A DNA stretch of 16,052 bases from Gemmatimonadota bacterium. Lineage in GTDB: Bacteria; Gemmatimonadota; Gemmatimonadetes; Gemmatimonadales; GWC2-71-9. This document shows positions 6,645 to 15,431 of the stretch, piece by piece (the stretch's first letter is position 1; each line of letters opens with the position of its first letter). Made by a program: the position numbers and the translations under genes. The notes under the pieces are model-generated. The model saw only the letters and a list, made by a program, of their open reading frames with translations. It did not search any database and was not told the origin of the DNA. The DNA is taken from the NCBI GenBank assembly GCA_036679605.1, contig JAZDCZ010000388.1, positions 1 to 16,052 of the forward strand. The letters are read 5' to 3'.

Positions 6645-9005
6645 ATGTATGGCCGGTCTGATCGTCATTACCGTTGCTGGCTATGGCCGGCAGTATGGCT
6701 CGCCGTTTCTGTAGTCGTTGTTGCCGCGTGGTGGTATTGCGTTATCGACCATGAGTTAAGGGCTAGACAACCACGTGTTTTTGGCACCGACGATCTTTTT
6801 AGCTGGTTTTTCCCGATGCTCGATCGTGCGTACGCCGAGATGCGCGAGGGGCGGCTATTCTTGTGGAACCCGTACCAACTTGCCGGGCTGCCGGGGCTGG
6901 CGACGCTACAGAGCGGGCTGCTTTACCCCTTGCATCTTCTCTACGTTTTTGTCCCTACCGCGGCAGGTATGGGACTGATGGGTATTTTCCACAGCCTGCT
7001 TGGCGGTTGGAACATGGTATTACTGGCACGCGTTCGCAGGGCATGCCCGACTGCGGCGCTTGCAGCAGGACTGTACTTTGCGCTGGCGGTCGTGGTGCCA
7101 CAATACATATGGCCGCCAGGGATGGAGGCAGTTGCGTGGCTACCGCTCGGCGTTGCAGCGATCGATCGGATTTTCCGCAACGGCGGGCTTTGCTGGATGG
7201 CGGCCTTAGTGCTGGCGGTGGCGATGCCCTTGCTCGCAGGTGGGTATCAGACGAGTGCATACATGCTGGCCGCCTACGGTTGGTATACCTTGGTGCTACT
7301 ACTCGGCCGACGTGGCTCTGGTCGAGCGACACCGAGTCGCACCGCCGCCCTGCTGCGAGTCGGTATATGCCTCGCCCTGGGCGTGGCTGTAGCGGCGCCG
7401 CAGCTTCTGCCTACTGCCGAGCTTGCCCAGCAGGCATCCCGTTCTACGCAGGCGCTGCCGCTGACCGAGGTCTTCCCAATGGGCAACTCGTTCGGGTCTG
7501 TAGTGTCGGTCGCCCACGCGGTGTTGGTACCCCCCGACCTCTTAATCGACGTTCGGAGTTATCTGGGCGTGGTCGCAGTCGGTATGGCCGTCGTGGGCCT
7601 ACTCGTTCTCGACGGGACGACGTGTTTTTGCATAACGATGATCTTGTACGGAGTGCTTTCTGTGTTGGCGCCACCGTGGTTTCTCTCTCTTCGTGCCCAC
7701 ATTCCGGTCCTTGGGTGGTTTCGTCTTCCGTACCGGGAATTTTTTCTTGCGCAGTTCGCCGTCGCGCTGCTCGTGGCCCGGGGCATGTCGGTGCTGGTCG
7801 ATCCGTATATGCGTCGATCGGGGAGGGGCATTGCTGTCGCGGCCGGTGTTGCGTGTATGTTGTGGGGCGCGTGGTATCGGGGTGTAGATACCTCAGCAGC
7901 TGCGCTGGCGGGTGCGGGAGCCGTCATCTTGTTTAGCGGGTGGGTGCTGGTCCAGTCAAGGCGTTCCGCCTGGGGTGCGGCACTTGGCCTGGTTCTCGCG
8001 TTGCTGCTGGCATACGACACCGCCGGGTTTTCCCGTAACGACCTACGCCTTCCTTATGCACGTGACGGCTGGCGTATTCTTTATGAAGCGGCAGGCTTGC
8101 ATCAGCGGCTCGGCGAGCTAGCGGGGCCGAAGCGTGTTGCCGTGTTACCCACTTTTGACAAAAGGCTATCCGTCAAGAACGCGCAGCTCTTTCGTCTGTT
8201 TTCTCCTTTTGACTATGAGCCGCTGTCTCCAGGTGTACACGAGCAATGCTTTCTACACGCCGCCCCCGATTCTCCGAAAGCCGGTAGCCTGGCTGCCAGG
8301 CAGCGATACTACGGACAGCCGCGCATCGTACACCGGTCGCGGCTGCTTGTGTATCCACTAAAGCGCTGCCTCGATCTGTTGAGCGTCGACATTGCCGTGG
8401 CGGATAGATTAGTATGGCTAGATGCGAGTATACGCGGGGAATGGCATAACGTCGATCGAGCAGCGTTCACGGGTGTAAACTCCGGTGGCCCGTACATCTT
8501 CCTTCGAAATCCCGTAGGGTTGCCGCGCGCCTACGCGGTGTACGATGCCGAGTGTCTAGATGCGGGGTCGGAGCAGTGGCAGCGTCTTCTCTCTCCCGAG
8601 TTTGATCCCCGAACAACCGTCGTGTTGGATCGGTCGCCCGAGTGCACGACACGCGTTGCCACGAGTCCAACAATGCGTCGTGGGCCCGACGTCGAGATCG
8701 TCGATCTCGAGCCTATGCGGGTACGGTTGCGGGCAAATATGGTTCGGCCGGGATATGTAGTCCTGACGGATACCTACTATCCCGGGTGGCAGGCACGAGT
8801 GAACGGAAAGCCGGTCGCGATTCTTCGTGCGAATGGCATGGTACGGGCTGTCCGCGTTCCGGATGGACCGGTCGATATCGTCTTCGAATACGTGCCGATG
8901 AGTTTCTATGCGGGTACTTCCATCGCCATGGTGGCCTTCTTGCTGATGTCCGGCTTTGTGTGGGTAACGCGGCGGCGTGCAGCGCGGGCGAGTAGCGTTA
9001 ATTGA
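6645..9005 (+). CDS. YfhO-family membrane glycosyltransferase (GT-C fold)
   Basis: Motifs GTDDLFSWFFP, LWNPYQLAGLP, LYPLH, QLLPTAEL, FRLPYR, NPVGLPRAY and the characteristic C-terminus LTDTYYPGWQARVNG...ANGMVRAVRVPDG...FEYVP plus a final TM. ATG 6645 is preferred over TTG 6639 because SD GAGGGAG (6631-6637) lies 7 nt upstream. Confidence 0.92.
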   Translation: MYGRSDRHYRCWLWPAVWLAVSVVVVAAWWYCVIDHELRARQPRVFGTDDLFSWFFPMLDRAYAEMREGRLFLWNPYQLAGLPGLATLQSGLLYPLHLLYVFVPTAAGMGLMGIFHSLLGGWNMVLLARVRRACPTAALAAGLYFALAVVVPQYIWPPGMEAVAWLPLGVAAIDRIFRNGGLCWMAALVLAVAMPLLAGGYQTSAYMLAAYGWYTLVLLLGRRGSGRATPSRTAALLRVGICLALGVAVAAPQLLPTAELAQQASRSTQALPLTEVFPMGNSFGSVVSVAHAVLVPPDLLIDVRSYLGVVAVGMAVVGLLVLDGTTCFCITMILYGVLSVLAPPWFLSLRAHIPVLGWFRLPYREFFLAQFAVALLVARGMSVLVDPYMRRSGRGIAVAAGVACMLWGAWYRGVDTSAAALAGAGAVILFSGWVLVQSRRSAWGAALGLVLALLLAYDTAGFSRNDLRLPYARDGWRILYEAAGLHQRLGELAGPKRVAVLPTFDKRLSVKNAQLFRLFSPFDYEPLSPGVHEQCFLHAAPDSPKAGSLAARQRYYGQPRIVHRSRLLVYPLKRCLDLLSVDIAVADRLVWLDASIRGEWHNVDRAAFTGVNSGGPYIFLRNPVGLPRAYAVYDAECLDAGSEQWQRLLSPEFDPRTTVVLDRSPECTTRVATSPTMRRGPDVEIVDLEPMRVRLRANMVRPGYVVLTDTYYPGWQARVNGKPVAILRANGMVRAVRVPDGPVDIVFEYVPMSFYAGTSIAMVAFLLMSGFVWVTRRRAARASSVN

Positions 9006-10584
9006 TGTAGCCCAAGCTCTTCAGTCGACGTATGACATCCTCTTTGGGCACCGACGCGACGCCGTGCTGCTTGCGCGAGTAGCCGGCGTCGAGTTCGACT
9101 TTATAGTGTTCGAGGAGGCCTCGCACGGCTTGGTCGCTTGGCTTCCCCGTGTCGAACTGGTCCCGACGTTTTTCCGGGTCGTTCACAAGATTGTATCGGT
9201 AGGTGGAAAATACGCCGGTTTCAGGGTCTCGGCGAAGCTCGAAGAAGTCGTCACCCTTGCGTGCCGCGACCCACATCAGCGCTGGATCCTGGCGTGGGAA
9301 GCGTTGTTGCAGCACGGGCAGTGTGCCGAGTAATTTCTTGCGGAACTCCGTGGCCATGAGCGCGGTGTGCGAGAACGCGACCAGGTCCGGCGGCTCGACC
9401 TCACCGCGGACTGCCATCTTGAGATCGTGGCCGAATCCATTCCCTGTCGGTGGCTCGAGGCCCGAGAGCGACGCCAAGGTAGGAAAGACGTCGATCGACC
9501 GCGTCACTCCCTTGTAACGACCCCGTGGCACGCCGACCTCTGGCCCGCGCAGTATAAACGCGACGTTGAGGACTTCGGGCGCGAGCTGCATACCGTGGGT
9601 CCAGCGAAAGGGGGCGTTGTCTCGTACAAGGATCTCGCCGTGATCAGAGGTGAACGTGACCAGACTCTGGTCGAGGAGCCCGCGTTGCTCGATGGCTGCT
9701 ATCACCCCGCCGAACAGCTGGTCGAGGTGATAGACCCCGGCCTTATAGAGTAGCTCGACGACGCGATTCAGCGGCTCGTAGTCCTTTGGTCTGAGTTTGA
9801 GTCGTTTTGCTGTGTTGCCAAAATCCCAGTTGAACGCAATGGGATCCTTGAAGTAGGTGCTACGCAATCGGTCGAAGTCCGGATGGCTGCGGATCGCACA
9901 CTCGGCCGGGTAGCGATCGCAGAACTCGCCGAGCTTAAGGGCAAAGTAAGGGCCATGAGTGACGCTGAAATTCGTGGTAACGAAGGCGTGCTTCGCGGGG
10001 TCGGCTGCCAGGCGATCGAGCAACATTTGAAAGTCGCGGTCGTCACCTTTGAGCAGGGGTTCGTGCTGGCGAGCCGGAGGCACACCCTGGGCATATCCAA
10101 GTTTGGCTGTGGCCATCATGTGATTGAGCCAGCTGGAAGTCTCGAAGCCCGCCTCCGCGAAGCGCTCACTGATAAGCTCAACCGAAGCCCCGAGCCGCGC
10201 CGGATGTTCGTATATACCGTGTCCGGGGGCTTGGCGACCTGAGTAGAGCGCGGCATAAGCATTGCCCGACCGCCCCGATTCGGTCATATGCTTTTCGAAC
10301 ACGAGTCCCTCTTTCGCGAAGTTATCGAGGTTGGGCGTAAAACTGCGCGTGTCGTCGTAAGGCGACAGGAATAGCCGGTTCAACGAACAAGTCGCGTAGA
10401 GAAGAACCAGGCGAGGACGTTCAGGCTTCGGGGACGGAACACATCCGACCGGGCCGAGGACGATAGCAAGCACGAGCCAAAGGGGGAGCCCAAATGGTCG
10501 AAGAGAGAGAGTCGCAAGATTTGAAACGGGAGCGTCGTCTGATGCGTCGCACCCCTGCCACCAGCGCCGGAACATGGCTGGCAT
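8998..10584 (-). CDS. Exported sulfatase-like protein with degenerate active-site motifs
   Basis: Motifs TPNLDNFAKEGLVF, SGNAYAALYSG, THGPY, FTSDHGE, IDVFPTLASL, YNLVNDPEK and C-terminal RLKSLGYI. Hydrophobic signal ends in GPVGC. The start codon is uncertain. Confidence 0.88.
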   Translation of the reverse strand: MPAMFRRWWQGCDASDDAPVSNLATLSLRPFGLPLWLVLAIVLGPVGCVPSPKPERPRLVLLYATCSLNRLFLSPYDDTRSFTPNLDNFAKEGLVFEKHMTESGRSGNAYAALYSGRQAPGHGIYEHPARLGASVELISERFAEAGFETSSWLNHMMATAKLGYAQGVPPARQHEPLLKGDDRDFQMLLDRLAADPAKHAFVTTNFSVTHGPYFALKLGEFCDRYPAECAIRSHPDFDRLRSTYFKDPIAFNWDFGNTAKRLKLRPKDYEPLNRVVELLYKAGVYHLDQLFGGVIAAIEQRGLLDQSLVTFTSDHGEILVRDNAPFRWTHGMQLAPEVLNVAFILRGPEVGVPRGRYKGVTRSIDVFPTLASLSGLEPPTGNGFGHDLKMAVRGEVEPPDLVAFSHTALMATEFRKKLLGTLPVLQQRFPRQDPALMWVAARKGDDFFELRRDPETGVFSTYRYNLVNDPEKRRDQFDTGKPSDQAVRGLLEHYKVELDAGYSRKQHGVASVPKEDVIRRLKSLGYIN

Positions 10585-10639
10585 TATTTATTAGTCCGGA
10601 CTTCGTGTCGAACTCTGGACTCCGGGTTTGCGCCGGACG

Positions 10640-11350
10640 TTATGGTGTCCGCTGCCAAACGGCGACTATGGTTTTTCCAACGCGGGAGCCGAGCATTCGA
10701 TCGAGAACCCGCGATCCGGGGACGACAAAGCGATCCCAGAAGGTTACTTGCGTTGGAGTTGGAAAGCCTGTGCGTAGCAAGAGCCTATTTGCGAGCGACA
10801 GCATGATGCCGAGCGAGTCAAGATAAAATAGCTTGTGCAACTGAGTCGATGCCGGGCTGACGGCGGTAAGTGTTTTCGTGTCATACCGCCGGAAGTGTCC
10901 GATCTGACGGTCGAACTCGCTGAACAAAAACGAGTGGGCCGGTGACAGCACCACTACGTATCCCCCGGGGCGCAATCGCTCGGCCGCCCGCCGGAGTTCG
11001 CCGTGGTCATCCTCTATGTGCTCGAGTACATCGATGTAGAGAATACAATCGAAAGCCTGATTTGCCGGGAGCTCGGCGATTGTGCACGAGGACACCGTTG
11101 GCACAGGTGGGCCGGGTAGCAGTGCGACGGCACTCGAGAGCTGGTGAGCCAGGTCGGGGTCGGGTTCGATACACATCCAGCTATGTTCGCGGCCCGAGCA
11201 GAGCATCCGAGTTGTCGCGCCTATGCCGGCCCCGACCTCGAGGACGTCGCCTCTTATATACGGCCGGATCCGCGCTGCGTAATATCGTTTCCAGTTCCGT
11301 GCGTCGGCAAAAAGCTCGAGTTCGCTGCCCGGATAGCGACTATCCTGCAT
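10640..11350 (-). CDS. Class I SAM-dependent methyltransferase of the type associated with GT2 genes
   Basis: Motifs VLEVGAGIG, CIEPD, FDCILYIDVLEHIEDD, LRPGG, PAHSFLFSEFDRQIGHFRRY. The likely start is ATG 11350 (MQDSRYPG), overlapping the GT2 end by 11 nt, rather than 11464. Confidence 0.9.
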   Translation of the reverse strand: MQDSRYPGSELELFADARNWKRYYAARIRPYIRGDVLEVGAGIGATTRMLCSGREHSWMCIEPDPDLAHQLSSAVALLPGPPVPTVSSCTIAELPANQAFDCILYIDVLEHIEDDHGELRRAAERLRPGGYVVVLSPAHSFLFSEFDRQIGHFRRYDTKTLTAVSPASTQLHKLFYLDSLGIMLSLANRLLLRTGFPTPTQVTFWDRFVVPGSRVLDRMLGSRVGKTIVAVWQRTP

Positions 11351-12338
11351 CGCGTGTCCAGAGGGTTGTGCGACGATCAATGAAGTAGTGGTGGTCGCGA
11401 AGTGGCAGGAAACTAGCGGTGTCTCGACGTCCCAAGACCCCGAAAGCGAATAAGGTGACGCCAAGAACGAGTTGTACGGCGAAAACCATTATCAACGCTA
11501 CAGCGGCAAATAACTCTGGAGAAATTCCGGCGACGCCTGCTATGCCGCTGCCGATAAGTCCCGCGGCGACGATTGCTGAGATCACAAACAGACCACCGAT
11601 GGCGATCAACAGTCGTACCCCAATATAGTCTCCCAGGACAGACATGGCACTCAACCCGTGCATAACGAGTGCCGTGAAGTTCATTGTTGGATGGCCCATA
11701 AGACGGTGTGCACGTTGCGTGGGTATAGTTGTCATCGGTAATCGCGCTCTGAATACCGCTGCTGCGTAGTGGTTCCAGAGATCGGAAACGACAACCAGCC
11801 GTCGGAGCAACGACCATGGGACCAGGCTAAAGTTGCCAACGCGCACCGAAATTCCGGTCAGGATCCGGTGGGCGAGGCGGTACAACTGGTAGAATATCTG
11901 AAACGTGATCCCCTCCGATCGGCGTTGTCTTGCTGCAAAGACAACCTTGACACGTTCCGTTTTCTCAAATTTCGCTATGAGACGGGGTACGTCGGACGGA
12001 GCATCTTCCCCGTCTCCGTCCATTACCACGACAGCCGCGCATGGCATGTTCGCCTCGACCCAAGCCAGACCGACAGCGATCGCACGCTGATGTCCGAGAT
12101 TGCGGCGCAAGGCCAGGACATTGACACTGGCGATGGAATTCCGAGGAGCGGAAAGGGCATTGGGAAGATCGGTCGGATCGGATCCATCATCCACGATTAG
12201 TATGTGTAACTGCCAGTCGAGGGGCGCGACGCATCGGTCCAGCGCGTCGACCACAAGCGTGAGCGCTTCCCAGTCGTTGTAGACAGGAATGAGTACGACC
12301 AGCGATACGTCGGTGTTAGCTTTGGAAGGGGTGTTCAT
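11340..12338 (-). CDS. GT2 glycosyltransferase, GtrB/ArnC/DPM-synthase-like polyprenyl-phosphate sugar transferase
   Basis: Motifs LIPVYND, VDDGS, RRNLGHQRAI, MDGDGEDAP (DxD), VVFAAR, plus two C-terminal TM helices; 332 aa. Confidence 0.92.
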   Translation of the reverse strand: MNTPSKANTDVSLVVLIPVYNDWEALTLVVDALDRCVAPLDWQLHILIVDDGSDPTDLPNALSAPRNSIASVNVLALRRNLGHQRAIAVGLAWVEANMPCAAVVVMDGDGEDAPSDVPRLIAKFEKTERVKVVFAARQRRSEGITFQIFYQLYRLAHRILTGISVRVGNFSLVPWSLLRRLVVVSDLWNHYAAAVFRARLPMTTIPTQRAHRLMGHPTMNFTALVMHGLSAMSVLGDYIGVRLLIAIGGLFVISAIVAAGLIGSGIAGVAGISPELFAAVALIMVFAVQLVLGVTLFAFGVLGRRDTASFLPLRDHHYFIDRRTTLWTRDAG

Positions 12339-12467
12339 ACCAGCGAGAATACCTCTCCATCATAGATATCTTGTGGCGGCATCAACGTCGAGCAGTCGTC
12401 GTAAACACTGCGGCAGCATCGGACGCGGCTTTTGCATAGTTCGGTGCATTGCCATCGCTGCCGTCGC

Positions 12468-12700
12468 TCAGATTAGCGGGCGAGGCTGATGCCGCGCAGC
12501 TTCCTCATCGGAGAGAACATACAATTGGCTACCGCGCTTGTGCGCAGACAGCCGGCCATTGTTCCGAAGACAAAACCGAATGAACAAGTCGATCTGCCGG
12601 TCGGGCATGTCGACGATGTCCTGAATGGCATTTTTGGTCTCGTCATACTTGGCCAGGAAGGACAGTTCTTCGACGAATGCGGTGCCGATCGCGTTCGATA
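12468..12700 (-). pseudogene. Degenerate C-terminal fragment of a Fic-family protein
   Basis: IGTAFVEELSFLAKYDETKNAIQDIVDMPDRQIDLFIRFCLRNNGRLSAHKR...LSDEE (12689-12501) resembles, from memory, the C-terminal domain of long Fic proteins. There is no HPFxxGNGR core or credible start, and similarity drops at both ends. Confidence 0.65.
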
Positions 12701-12877
12701 CAACTGCCGAGAGCCGGCTGAACCAGCAGGTCCAATACGATCTGTGACAGGCCGAACGGAATCGCAAGAAGCTTCGTGTCAAGCCTATCGCGGCGTAGCA
12801 GTAGGACGGCCGGCCCCTGCAGTCGCGTGCTTGAGCAGTTGAACAATGCTGTTGCGACTGGGGTTGACCGGACGCGA

Positions 12878-14997
12878 CTAAGGCACGACCTTCACAATCC
12901 GTTCGGGCTTGATCATTCGTTGAAATTCGGGGATCTCGAACTCGAGACGATACGTTCCGGCAGGGGGGAGCGGTTGCAACTCAACCGGCACTCTGGCCGT
13001 CGATGTCGGTGACAGTGCGAGCGGTAGCATCGTCTTTTGTAGGCTGTCGTTGCGTGTCTTACCCGTTGCGACGTTGATCCAGCGTACATGTACATCCAGG
13101 GGGCGCATGGGATGTGGTAGCGCCCAGATGCTGTCGCCGTGGTTTTGTACCAATAAAGAAGCGTATCGCGGAAACCCCGCTTTGCTTACAGCCGTGCGGC
13201 TGAGAACGGGAGATACCCGCGCCGTGTCTATGCTCAAACGTTTTGATACGGAATGGGTCTTGATGGCTTTCGTGATGCGAATCCCTGATGCGGTTTTGGA
13301 ACGATGGATGAGCCTGACTCCCGGATCGGCGAGGAGGCGATTGAGAAATCCTCGTGGCACTTGCCATGTGCGGACGACAAGGTTGCGAAGGCCGGCGGCG
13401 GCGAGTTCATCGATCCCTCTTCGGTTGGGCAGCATGGCCGCGATACGGATCACATCGAGATACGAAGGCGGAAGGAAAGAGTTGTAGCAAGCTGCGGTCG
13501 GGCGTCCGTGAAAAGCGGCAAGAAGGGTGTACTCGGACGAAAGGCGCACTCCTTGTGCAACCTTGAGAAAGCCGGCAAAAGGGAGGTCGAGGATGGGGCC
13601 GGCAATGCCTTTGGTTTCAAAGGCTCTGTATTCGGAAAGTGTTGTGGCCAGGGGCGCCAACTTTCGGAGTTTGGTCGAGCCGGATTGTCCGTACACCGTG
13701 CGAGCAAGCATCGGGGTGAAGGTTTCCGCCAGAATCATTGCGCATACGGCCGCCGTCAAGGCGCTTTGCGTGGTCGTTTTCAACGGACGAAGAACAAACG
13801 CTAGACCGATGCCGGCCAGGCCGACGGCCGATACCACGGCGCCGAGAGCCGTTGCTCCCGCCGCGCGTACCGAAGCCAATAGCGGGAAGACGCCGGTCAG
13901 CAATTTATAAGTCGATGGTGCCATCGGTCCGCCGGGCCATAGGCCGCCGTGTGCCGCAAACGAGGCACAGGAGAGCGTGGCCAGGGCCAGGGCGAGGACG
14001 GGCGCCGGCATCGTGTCGCTTGTCGCTTCAGGAGTCCTGAGCTCGTTGCGTGCGAGCAAGCCGTAGATACTCCAAGCAACGGCAATCAGGGCCAAGGCCA
14101 AGGTCGTCATTCCGATCGTTGTCTGGCTACCGAACAGCAGTCCGCTGTAGGAAGCGAAAAAAGTAACGCGCTGTTTGGCGATCGACCAGATCGCTTCTTG
14201 TCGGACGTAAGGCATGAGACCGCGGCGGTTACGGCCAGCGTTGCTGCGACGGCGATGCCCAGCAGACCCAACTTGTAGAGGTCAAGATGCCTGCGTTGCT
14301 GAACCATTCGCACGGTTCCATAGGGAAGCGCGACCAACAGGAAGGTGAGCAGCGGATAGGAACCGGTGACCGCCTGCAGGCAGGACGTAAGGGTCAGCAA
14401 CAGCGCATCGCGTACGCGGCCTTTTTCTACGAGCCTATCGAAGAACAGCAAGACGAGCGGCACCCAGTATACGGCGACGACGGCGGGGTGGGCCAAGTTC
14501 ATCAGCCGCTCCGGATGAATCGCCAGGGCTAAGCCTGAAAGGACCGCAGCCGGTCCGGAGCCCGTCCAATAAAACACCGCCGCAAACATGGCCAACCCCG
14601 AGATCAGGAAAGAAACCAGCAGAGTCGCGTTGTGGAGTGCAATCGGGTTGTCGGTGAAGATGCGAAACGGCATAGCCACAATGCCGAGTTCGATCATGTG
14701 TTCGCCGAGAGTACCGGCGAAGGGGTGCGGATAGCATAGGCCGGTGCCGAACAGCTTGCCGGGTTCACCGTTAATCAGCGCCGCAGAATTGCGCGCCGTA
14801 CCGGCGATGGTCAGCAGCCGATCGTAGTGCCCAATCGTATCTTCGTGTGGATTGGTGCTGGTGAGTTCGGTGATTGCTGCGCCCGGTTGTGTTGCAAGCG
14901 GCCACGACCACAGGAACGCAACCGCCAGATACAGGACCAGCGCAACGGCTGTAGGCACCGCCCACGCCGAAGAGTTCGTGATCGGCGTTGTTTTCAA
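12878..14997 (-). pseudogene. YfhO-like GT-C membrane protein split by a single-base frameshift near 14216-14220 (real lesion or sequencing error); about 706 aa if repaired
   Basis: The 5' ORF (TTG 14997) has a TM, then HYD, LCYPHPFAGTLGEH, HNATLL and more TMs. The 3' ORF has TMs, GPILDLP, HGRPTAACYNSFLPPSY and an Ig-like C-terminal domain. The junction reads GTC TC ATG CCT TAC; adding one C gives ...TAAV-L-MPY and completes a TM helix. Confidence 0.8.
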
Positions 14998-15431
14998 ACG
15001 ATCAAAACCCTATCCAGATTCTATGGTTACGCGGCATAGTGCAGTACTTCAACCCCGATGGGTCGTAGTCATGGCCCCAGGTTCAGCAATCGAGCCGATA
15101 AGTGGTAATGACATAGCATGTGTGGGAGGTTTCCTCCTGTGCCACTGCCGTGTGGATCGGCGCATGTTTGTTGTTAACCGAGCATGAGTGCACTGGGTTA
15201 AGGTGTGTCGTCCGGATACGTCTGATGCGCTCACCGGCATCGATGACGTGAGTTCCCGTCTCAGGAGTAATTTGTCTGCGAAACATCTGTTGTTCCATTG
15301 CCCGCCTCGCTGACTACACGCTCGAGCGCCTAGGCCTCGGGCCGCGAGTTGTAATCGGCAGCACAGGTATGGCGGGCTATGGCACCAGTCGCGGTTGGGG
15401 TGTACGAGTTTTCTCAGCGCTTATTCTGCAG

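Noticed and set aside
6863..7936. 357-aa plus-strand ORF inside yfhO
   Set aside because: An Arg/Gly/Ala/Cys-rich out-of-frame ORF typical of high-GC DNA, with no motifs.
11351..11464. N-terminal extension of methyltransferase 2 given by the ORF track
   Set aside because: It overlaps the GT2 C-terminal coding region by 125 nt; ATG 11350 gives a normal-length protein with a short coupling overlap.
12411..12463. Inverted repeat CGGCAGC...GCTGCCG upstream of the GT2 gene as a terminator
   Set aside because: Large irregular interior and no adjacent U-tract on either strand; plausible by chance at this GC content.
14205..14230. Programmed frameshift or phase-variable tract
   Set aside because: No slippery heptamer, long homopolymer or tandem repeat at the junction.
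3687..15359. Intergenic hairpins as integron attC sites, REP family or CRISPR repeats
   Set aside because: No RYYYAAC/GTTRRRY ends, no shared sequence among the hairpins, no regular repeat-spacer pattern, and no integrase or cas gene.
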